DNA of 64,000 nucleotides from Candidatus Levyibacteriota bacterium (GTDB lineage Bacteria; Patescibacteriota; Microgenomatia; Levybacterales; UBA12049): NCBI GenBank assembly GCA_038253825.1, contig JBBSGT010000001.1, positions 11,819 to 75,818 of the forward strand, read 5' to 3'. Shown piece by piece: positions 57,258 to 64,000 of this stretch (position 1 is its first letter; each line of letters starts with the position of its first letter). The notes under the pieces were generated by a model. It saw only the letters and a program-made list of their open reading frames with translations, ran no database searches and was not told where the DNA came from. The position numbers and the translations under genes were made by a program.

Positions 57258-57821
57258 TCATTGGTGTGATTTTTCTTTTGGTTTAAGCATTTCTACTTCG
57301 GGCAGATCCTTGCCTGAGGAGAAAGTCAGCTCGGCGTGAGAGATTTTCTTCCCAAGTGTGAAGCAAAACTTCTCATAGAAGCGAATCGCTTTCAGGTTAT
57401 ATTGTACAACCCCAAGCTTTACATCGCGGTTGCCTCCTAGCCACTCAAGCAAATGACTTAGCAAATCCGACCCAATTCCCATGCTTTGCCATTCAGGAAG
57501 GATGTATAGCGTTGCGATTTCATCAAACTCGTCTCCTTTGATTGCCCGCCCATATCCCACAATGTGTTCACCAGCGCGAGCGACCAAGGTGTAGTTGATC
57601 CCATCATTGACCTGCATATGCTCAGCTCTTTTTGCAATTCGTTCTTTACATAAAAAGTCCTTTGCAAATATGTCATCAGCATTGATCCTCAGCTCTTTAT
57701 TTTGGTAAGTATCCAACCATATCCGCTGCTTTATCCGTGCAAGAGTTTGAGCGTCTTGGGGTACTGCTTTGGCTATGGTAATTTTCGGTTTTGATGTTTT
57801 ATTACCTGGAAGTTGTTGCAT
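57258..57821 (-). CDS. GNAT-family N-acetyltransferase
   Basis: '...LYILPEWQSMGIGSDLLSHLLEW' (acetyl-CoA binding motif A, Q/RxxGxG/A) and 'AIRFYEKFCF' (motif B). Confidence 0.75.
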   Translation of the reverse strand: MQQLPGNKTSKPKITIAKAVPQDAQTLARIKQRIWLDTYQNKELRINADDIFAKDFLCKERIAKRAEHMQVNDGINYTLVARAGEHIVGYGRAIKGDEFDEIATLYILPEWQSMGIGSDLLSHLLEWLGGNRDVKLGVVQYNLKAIRFYEKFCFTLGKKISHAELTFSSGKDLPEVEMLKPKEKSHQ

Positions 57822-58010
57822 TTTGTGCCTCTATAATTTGTAGCAATTATAACACAACAGCTGATTCTATTAAATTGTGATTGCAGAAATGTAAGGCATA
57901 TTCGCTTCAGTTCTGAAACTTGTGGGTCACCCAACACGAAAGCTTAATTGCATATTTTGTTTAACCTCAAATTATTTCCTACCCCGAAGTGATTCAAACC
58001 AGGAGCTAAG

Positions 58011-58038
58011 TTGACAATATTCGGCAAATTTGTATAAG
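58011..58038 (+). promoter_or_regulatory. Putative sigma70-type promoter upstream of brnT (TTGACA-16nt-TATAAG)
   Basis: TTGACA at 58011-58016 and TATAAG at 58033-58038, about 12 nt upstream of the brnT ATG (58050). Confidence 0.35.
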
Positions 58039-58049
58039 TGAGTATATAC

Positions 58050-58342
58050 ATGAAGCTTGTTAAGAGTATCTATGAATTTGAATGGGATCATAGAATAACG
58101 GTAAAAATAAAAAACATAGCGTAGAAGATCAAAAAGCAGAAGAGGTCTTTTTCGATGAGGGAAAAGTAGTTTTTAAAGATAATATCTATTCAGGAACTGA
58201 AGAAAGGTTTATTATTTTAGGTCTTACAAAAAAGAACAGATTATTATATATAGCATTTACAAAAAGAAATAAAAAAATTAGAATAATATCAGCAAGAGAT
58301 ATAAACAAAAAGGAGGAACATTTGTATGAAGAAACAACTTAA
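58050..58342 (+). pseudogene. brnT: brnT-type ribonuclease toxin gene interrupted by a single-base frameshift
   Basis: Frame A reads 'MKLVKSIYEFEWDH' then a stop. The frame shifted by one reads 'NNGKNKKHSVEDQKAEEVFFDEGKVVFKDNIYSGTEERFIILGLTKKNRLLYIAFTKRNKKIRIISARDINKKEEHLYEE'. Together this is the BrnT consensus (FEWDxxKxxxNxxKHGVSFEEA...RIISAR). The 3' end overlaps brnA. Confidence 0.6.
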
Positions 58343-58589
58343 CGTACCAGTTTTTAAAAATGAAGATGAGGAGCGAAAGTTCTGGTCTGATCTTGATCTT
58401 TCTGAATATTTTGATTCGTCAGATTTTGAGAGAGTTAGTTTTCCTAATCTAAAACCTACAACGAGATCTATCTCTATCAGAATTCCTGAGTATCTCCTGA
58501 ATAGAGTAAAGGAAAAAGCCAATGAAATTAACGTACCTTACCAATCATTAATTAAAGAATATATTAAAAAAGGTACGTTATCTTCATAA
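58326..58589 (+). CDS. brnA: BrnA-type antitoxin
   Basis: 87 aa. 'DEERKFWSDLDLSEYFD...LKPTTRSISIRIPEYLLNRVKEKANEINVPYQSLIKEYI' matches the BrnA family. Confidence 0.7.
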   Translation: MKKQLNVPVFKNEDEERKFWSDLDLSEYFDSSDFERVSFPNLKPTTRSISIRIPEYLLNRVKEKANEINVPYQSLIKEYIKKGTLSS

Positions 58590-58851
58590 GAAGTATTCGG
58601 AAGACCCTCTGGTATTCGAATTGGCGGAAATAGGCCGAATGGTGACCGTTTTCAAACAGATAGTGTAAGCGTTAAGATTCTTCCTGATACAAATACATTT
58701 GGCCAGATAAATAGAGCAATGGAACAAGAGTTACTGTTTGGCCGGAAGGTCATGTGGCAATAAAGAAATCAAAACAACGTCGACCACAAGTATAAATTAC
58801 TTTTTTTACTTTCTACCCAAATCCTGCTCGATTTAAGTTATTAATGATGTC

Positions 58852-59262
58852 TTACCCCCCTACGACACCTCCTCCTACTGCTCCAGCAGTAGCAGCTCCG
58901 GCAATTTCTGGTAGAGTTAATTCTTGCCCTTTGCGCGCTTCTTGACCGGGGTACACGACATTTTTAACTCCTTCTCGCACTTTTGAAGCATTATAAACAA
59001 CTGCTCCTACCACGCCTCCTCCTTCCACTCCGGGCGCTCTGGGGTCTTGTGCTCTTAATCGTAAGATTTCTGAAGATACTTTTAGAACTACATGTGCTGC
59101 TACTCCAGCTGCGGCGCCTTCAAAAGCATCGGGAAGGAGAGCACCCACTCCACCTTTTACTCCTTCACGCGTCACATGATCTCCGACTTTCTTTATATGT
59201 TCATACACTTTATTTGCGCTTTGACGTATCATTCCGAATCTATTTCTCTCTGGCATACACAA
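58852..59262 (-). CDS. Hypothetical Gly/Ala/Val-rich protein
   Basis: 136-aa ORF in a GC-rich stretch. It has a repetitive 'GGGVVGA'/'GAATAGAVGGGVVGG' composition. An overlapping + strand ORF of similar length exists, so the strand call is uncertain. Confidence 0.3.
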   Translation of the reverse strand: MCMPERNRFGMIRQSANKVYEHIKKVGDHVTREGVKGGVGALLPDAFEGAAAGVAAHVVLKVSSEILRLRAQDPRAPGVEGGGVVGAVVYNASKVREGVKNVVYPGQEARKGQELTLPEIAGAATAGAVGGGVVGG

Positions 59263-59297
59263 ATATACTACTCGACATTAAACTTTTTTTCAACTTA

Positions 59298-59531
59298 TTA
59301 TGTTTTTTTCACAAAGCGTACATGTATCATTGAAGGCAAAGTTGTAACTGTATCATCTATTTTTCTATCAGGATCTTTTTCGTCCCCCTGAAGTGATTGT
59401 ACATATCGTTCACCAAGTCGCCAAACTTCCTTCACTGTTGGTTCCATTTTTCTAATGAGTTGTTTAATTTGCTCGGACATGGGCGAGTTATGTGAAGTAC
59501 TAAGTGCGCTTTTAAAATTGTTCAGTGCCAT
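59298..59531 (-). CDS. Hypothetical small protein
   Basis: 77-aa ORF with no motif. Confidence 0.25.
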   Translation of the reverse strand: MALNNFKSALSTSHNSPMSEQIKQLIRKMEPTVKEVWRLGERYVQSLQGDEKDPDRKIDDTVTTLPSMIHVRFVKKT

Positions 59532-60035
59532 TTCTGATTGAAAGGCGACAGTTGGTGCAATATATGCCGCTACCGCAGCTCTTATATCATTATGGTTAGA
59601 GATATTTTGAATTCGTACAATTTGTATGGCATCTTTGTCTTTGACTCCTTGTAATTTATTGTCGCTGGGCTTTTGTAATGAAAACGTATGCCAAAAAAAG
59701 TTATTATTTAATTTGTATATAGTATAAAATAAAGAGGGTTATTCTTCTCACAAAATATTCTCTTTTTATAGTATTGTCTGTCTACTCACCATCAAATGCA
59801 AAAGAAGAACTGTATGATTATATCTTGTGGAAACAAACTAATATATGTGAAGATATGCTAATCTTTTTAGGAGTTATACGGGCAAGAAAGTGTTTGCGAA
59901 TTAACGATTCCGAAAGACACACCAATAGTATTATTAATCAATCTAACATCCCGTAGTTGATTTTAGGCTTATAATGTGCTATTATCCCCCTTGCCTGGAG
60001 AACTCCATACTATATCAAGAGTACAGGTACTTATT

Positions 60036-60596
60036 ATGCCAGATAGAGAACCAAAATTTCGACACAGAATGGAAGCGGGACTTAATACAGCTAGAAAAAT
60101 TGCTGTAAGAGGATTTGTAGGCGTTGTAACCGCGTATGCAGCATTTAATTTACCTAGTTGTGGTCCTACTATAATTGAAGATGGTAATAAAAATGAGACA
60201 GGAATAGTTTTAAATGATGGTGACTTTACTGTATCACCATGGGGAGAAAACAAAATGCGGATAGTTCCTAACCCGTCACTCTATGGGTCAAAACCGTCTG
60301 ATAAATGGCACACAGCGGAGGAAATTCAAGCTGAAGTTACTGATACTATGAAAGCTGTGGAGCGTAGAGCTCGAATTGATTTAACATTATCTAACTGTGA
60401 TCCAGTCACTGTAGAAAATGCCACAGATGCTGATATTCCTGGAATGCCTAAAAAAGGAGTGGAATCTTCTCATAAAGAAAGCGATCCTCCTGTGGTTATT
60501 TGGGTTGCGACTCTTGCAGGTAATCCTAAGACGCATCCTCTATCTCTTTCAGTTACTTGTTTTGATAATCTTAAAGCATTTGCAAATTCTCAATAG
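60036..60596 (+). CDS. Hypothetical protein with N-terminal signal-anchor
   Basis: The start is taken at the internal ATG (MPDREPKF...). One hydrophobic helix is 'GFVGVVTAYAAFNL'. No known motif. Confidence 0.35.
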   Translation: MPDREPKFRHRMEAGLNTARKIAVRGFVGVVTAYAAFNLPSCGPTIIEDGNKNETGIVLNDGDFTVSPWGENKMRIVPNPSLYGSKPSDKWHTAEEIQAEVTDTMKAVERRARIDLTLSNCDPVTVENATDADIPGMPKKGVESSHKESDPPVVIWVATLAGNPKTHPLSLSVTCFDNLKAFANSQ

Positions 60597-60869
60597 GTAA
60601 AATTTCTCAGTGTAAAATTCGCAGAGTATCGAGATTGCAATATATAACTCCTGCCTTTTCTAGAAGTGCCCAAACTTTAGTAAATCTGAATAAAAACGAG
60701 GAAGTAACCACATAAATTTTATTGTAGAATATTTTGGATTAATGAGACTATGGCAATGTTGGAAATCTTGAGGTTGTATGAGTGAAAATCGATGTCAAGT
60801 AGATCAATTTCCTCATGATATGTGGTTAGGTTCATAACTAATATAAGATCATGCATAGGAGAAAAATAT

Positions 60870-62096
60870 ATGGGAAAAGAATCACCAAAAGACGACGGAC
60901 CTACGGTAACACCACGTAACCGACTTGCTCAACTAATTATGGGTAAAACAACCGAAGAAGGTGACGCAGGTGGGAGAACCTTTACTCATACACCTGGATT
61001 AGTTGATTTAGGTTATAGACTTTACCGTCTCGATAGAGCAGTAGGTACTTCATTAGCTGAACTCACCGAAGCAGCTTTGAGAAAAAGTCAAGAATTGGCA
61101 GGTAAAGCGACGGGGAGAGCTCCTTCTGATCCTAGTACAAAAGGTGAAGAATCGGGACAACCAGGTCACACTGGTAAATTAGAAACGGGTGAAGGTGGGG
61201 ATGTTAGCCGAACATTTCCTCGAGGAACCGAGTTGGGTTCTGGAGGTATCGATCCTAAAGGACAGCTCTATGTAGGACCGGATGGTACGGTAAGTAATCA
61301 ACCTCCTGGACCAAAAGTAGGCACAGTCGGGAAAATTTTTGCACTGTTTGGTAAAGGAGTAGAATCAATACCCCATCCAAGAGAACCAGAAAGTACACCA
61401 AGAAACGTACCCACGTCTACTCCTAGTAAAGTTACTAATTATCCAGGTTATCATTATCACGGAACCAAAGACCCAGAGACTGGAAAGCATAGTGGTTATA
61501 GAGACCCGATGGTCGCACCTCAGACTGCAGAATCGCCACAACAGCCACAGCCAGGGACTGAACGGGAAGCAGGATCACATCCTGGCACTAATTTCCAAGA
61601 AAATACTACAGTACCTGCAAATGGAACACACGAACCAGGTCATAAAGTTGATGACCCACCTGTGGATAGTGAGCCGGGAGCTGGAGGTCAAGAATCCTCA
61701 TCTGGGCCAAATGCTTCACCACAAGATCCACCAGTAACTTCGGAAGGGGAACCAACAGAGAGACTTCCTCAGCAAGATACCGTACCAAATACACTTCCAG
61801 ATGATACAACTCCTCCAGGTGGTGATAACAGCAGTGCCGATGGGGATACGAGTACCACTGAAAAACCTCATTCAAAAGAAAATTTGCCACCAGATGGACC
61901 GACTGCATTACCAGTAGAGGGTGAGCTTTTCCCTGTTAAAGCAGATGTAGCAGAACCAGAACAACCAGTACAAAAGCCAGAAGCAGTACCAGGTGAACTT
62001 TTTTCTGTTGAAGCAGATGTAACAGAACCAGAACAACCAGAACATCCAGCGGTACAACCTGATTCACCAGCAACAGATCCACCAATTGAGCCTTGA
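60870..62096 (+). CDS. Pro/Gly/Glu/Thr-rich low-complexity protein with C-terminal 24-aa tandem repeats
   Basis: ORF 60822..62096 with the likely start at MGKESPKDDG. It is GC-rich and predicted to be disordered. The C-terminus has 'GELFPVKADVAEPEQP...GELFSVEADVTEPEQP'. Confidence 0.4.
   Translation: MGKESPKDDGPTVTPRNRLAQLIMGKTTEEGDAGGRTFTHTPGLVDLGYRLYRLDRAVGTSLAELTEAALRKSQELAGKATGRAPSDPSTKGEESGQPGHTGKLETGEGGDVSRTFPRGTELGSGGIDPKGQLYVGPDGTVSNQPPGPKVGTVGKIFALFGKGVESIPHPREPESTPRNVPTSTPSKVTNYPGYHYHGTKDPETGKHSGYRDPMVAPQTAESPQQPQPGTEREAGSHPGTNFQENTTVPANGTHEPGHKVDDPPVDSEPGAGGQESSSGPNASPQDPPVTSEGEPTERLPQQDTVPNTLPDDTTPPGGDNSSADGDTSTTEKPHSKENLPPDGPTALPVEGELFPVKADVAEPEQPVQKPEAVPGELFSVEADVTEPEQPEHPAVQPDSPATDPPIEP
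61915..62045 (+). repeat. Two near-identical 72-nt tandem repeats inside the low-complexity gene
   Basis: ggtgagcttttccctgttaaagcagatgtagcagaaccagaacaaccag versus ggtgaacttttttctgttgaagcagatgtaacagaaccagaacaaccag. Confidence 0.5.
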
Positions 62097-62150
62097 GTTT
62101 AATTCACTGAAGAGTTAGATTTAATAGAAAGCACGCAATGAAAGTATATA

Positions 62151-64000
62151 TTATTGGGTATCAATGGAGGTATCGTTATCCTTTTCCTTTTCTTCGGGGT
62201 CTACCTGAGCTCTTCTTAAGCCAAATTTAAATGCAGGTCTCCATCTTTTAGGCTCTAAAGCAAGACGATCAGCAACTGGTTCTATAGCAAGTTTACCATT
62301 TCCTTCTAACTCAGGTTGATCATCTTTGTTTGATTGATTCAATTCTCTTGGTGCTGGAACTTGACCGGGTTCATAGAGTACACCGCCCCGTATTCTTTGC
62401 CCAGTTGGTAAAACAATTTCGGGTCCTATTTCACGCGCCATAGGGATACGCTTTACTCTTTTATTAGTATGGTAAGGTTGGCCTTGTATCATAGCAACAG
62501 TCCCTCCTTCATGAACAAGAACAGCATCATTTGGGTTAAGATCTCGTATATCATTTCGCTTAAGTTCTGGTTCAGTAACTCGTTCTTCATTGTCCGTATT
62601 GCCAGATTGCCCAAGCAAAACTCCACCAAATTTTGCTAATAAATCATCTGGATCTTTATCATTTGATCTCCAAACATCTACAGTTCCAAGTATTTTAATA
62701 ACTTCATCGACTATATCGGGATCGCTGCCTTTTCGAAGTATAAGATCACAGCAAGAGATGAGTGCCTGAAGTCCTTCATGACCATACTGTGCAATAACTT
62801 GCGCCCCCAATTGTATATCAAGAGCGTGTACAATTCCTATTTCTCGTCCTGTTGTAATATGTTCCATTAACCTATTAAGAGGGGCTGCGTTCCCATGTTC
62901 GTTCCTGATAAAACCAACGTACGGTGTTACGGTTTCTAATGTGCTATTATGTTTTTCTTCGACACTTCTGGCAAATGAGTTGTGCATTAATCTGAGAATC
63001 GCACCGTATCTTTTTTGTTGATCTTCTGTCCCATAAAGAATAACTGTTCGTGGCTGAAGGTCTGTTGTGTCAATCATATTATCTGATCTGCTTGTAGCAT
63101 TGAGGATTTGTTCGCCTTGAAAGGTATCAAGGATTGTCACTGCAAAAGCTGAAATAATATCAGCTGTTTTTTCATGTAGTCCTCCCCATTTATCTATGGT
63201 GCGATATGCTTCATGATATCCCTGGCGATTTTCTTCAAATTTTTTTATTTCAGCATGAAGTCGTGTAATCTCCACCACGTTTGCTCGTGCGGCAGGTCGT
63301 TGTGCGAGACGGATCATATCTGCATTCAGCATATTAATCGCAGCATCAGTATCGCTTCTCATCATGTCCAAAAGTCCTTCTATCTTTTCTTTGACAGGGT
63401 CATCAAGCTTTATAACTTCTCCTATCTCGGTAGATTTAGTGTTTTTATTTTCTTTACTTCTTTCAATACCAGCACGAATTGTTCCAACAGCATCTACAAA
63501 ATCTCTTATATCGCCACCTGATTTTGCGATAGTATGACCGATTGCAGCAGCAACATTACTCGCTTGTGGTACCCAAAAACCAGAATCAGAACCACCACCA
63601 TTCCCACCGAGCATCATGGAGGAATTGTCATATACAAGATCATCGATTGCTTCGATTGATCCTTGCCATGTCTCAAAGCGTTCCATGATTGGCCATGTTG
63701 CTCTATAGCCACCAAATTTTTCCAGTGCTCTTCCTTCTAAATTTTGCGGAGTCCATATTTGAACTCCTCCTTTCCATTGTGCTCGTGCATCAAAAATTGC
63801 TTCCACTGATTTACCTTTTAATTCCCAATCAATAAGCAACCCTTGCCAACTTGCTACCATTTCATGTAAATGTCCCGATGTTTTTCCAGCTCCTGTTCTC
63901 CCTGCAACAAGCACACTGATTCCAGCAAGAGCAGCAAGAACGCTTCCTTCAAATTTTCCTAGAGGAAGGCGGCCATCCCTTTCATAATTACCAGGATACC
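62151..64000 (-). CDS. P-loop NTPase, VirD4/TraG/TrwB-like coupling-protein or HerA/DUF87-like ATPase (5' end beyond window)
   Basis: Walker A 'VLVAGRTGAGKTS' lies near the window edge. The reading frame stays open upstream through position 64000 (...YPGNYERDGRLPLGKFEGSVLAALAGISVLVAGRTGAGKT). The C-terminal about 100 aa is an acidic low-complexity tail. Confidence 0.5.
   Translation of the reverse strand, partial: YPGNYERDGRLPLGKFEGSVLAALAGISVLVAGRTGAGKTSGHLHEMVASWQGLLIDWELKGKSVEAIFDARAQWKGGVQIWTPQNLEGRALEKFGGYRATWPIMERFETWQGSIEAIDDLVYDNSSMMLGGNGGGSDSGFWVPQASNVAAAIGHTIAKSGGDIRDFVDAVGTIRAGIERSKENKNTKSTEIGEVIKLDDPVKEKIEGLLDMMRSDTDAAINMLNADMIRLAQRPAARANVVEITRLHAEIKKFEENRQGYHEAYRTIDKWGGLHEKTADIISAFAVTILDTFQGEQILNATSRSDNMIDTTDLQPRTVILYGTEDQQKRYGAILRLMHNSFARSVEEKHNSTLETVTPYVGFIRNEHGNAAPLNRLMEHITTGREIGIVHALDIQLGAQVIAQYGHEGLQALISCCDLILRKGSDPDIVDEVIKILGTVDVWRSNDKDPDDLLAKFGGVLLGQSGNTDNEERVTEPELKRNDIRDLNPNDAVLVHEGGTVAMIQGQPYHTNKRVKRIPMAREIGPEIVLPTGQRIRGGVLYEPGQVPAPRELNQSNKDDQPELEGNGKLAIEPVADRLALEPKRWRPAFKFGLRRAQVDPEEKEKDNDTSIDTQ

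Overview
This 64 kb window looks like an AT-rich (about 35-40% GC), gene-dense contig from a small-genome uncultured bacterium. Standard stop codons terminate the conserved genes, so genetic code 11 is assumed. A Patescibacteria/CPR-like lineage is suggested by a stand-alone Pol I polymerase domain, a UvrC without its HhH tail, a putatively split PEP-utilizing enzyme and many surface proteins, but this is inference only. The housekeeping backbone contains galU, the Pol I polymerase domain, a cold-shock protein, an OmpR/HK two-component pair, mutS-mutL plus an HhH-GPD glycosylase, uvrA, uvrC, rnhB, secG, a yvcK-family gene, an ABC-F ATPase and tRNA-Lys(CTT). The most unusual block spans about 19.9-32.9 kb. 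It is a one-strand operon of three WxL-like surface proteins, two DUF916-like membrane-anchored partners (one fused to a LytR_C domain) and an 895-aa multidomain adhesin-like protein. This resembles the Csc 'cell-surface complex' clusters of Lactobacillales. Here the operon continues into a PAPS-dependent sulfotransferase, sits divergently beside a bifunctional ATP-sulfurylase/APS-kinase (PAPS synthase), and is followed convergently by a GT-C membrane glycosyltransferase. This argues for a sulfated, possibly glycosylated, surface complex. Two of the WxL-like proteins carry a conserved His/Trp-rich cytoplasmic N-terminal motif instead of a normal signal peptide. Other notable items follow. A PPDK_N + PEP-utilizing-mobile-domain enzyme, similar to rifampin-phosphotransferase, is split exactly at a G8 homopolymer, and one extra G would fuse the two ORFs. 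An EamA-type transporter is a pseudogene between two paralogous membrane-protein genes. Three GC-shifted genes of unknown function (a 570-aa protein, an HPPY-motif methyltransferase and a HAD phosphatase) lie next to a DinJ/YafQ toxin-antitoxin pair. The brnT gene of a BrnT/BrnA pair is frameshifted. Downstream of tRNA-Lys there is a possible genomic island with tandem DHFR-like genes, ABC-F, GNAT and BrnTA. Its distal part is GC-rich and contains Gly- and Pro-rich low-complexity proteins and a partial VirD4/HerA-like P-loop ATPase that runs off the window end. No rRNA genes, CRISPR arrays or recognisable transposases were seen.
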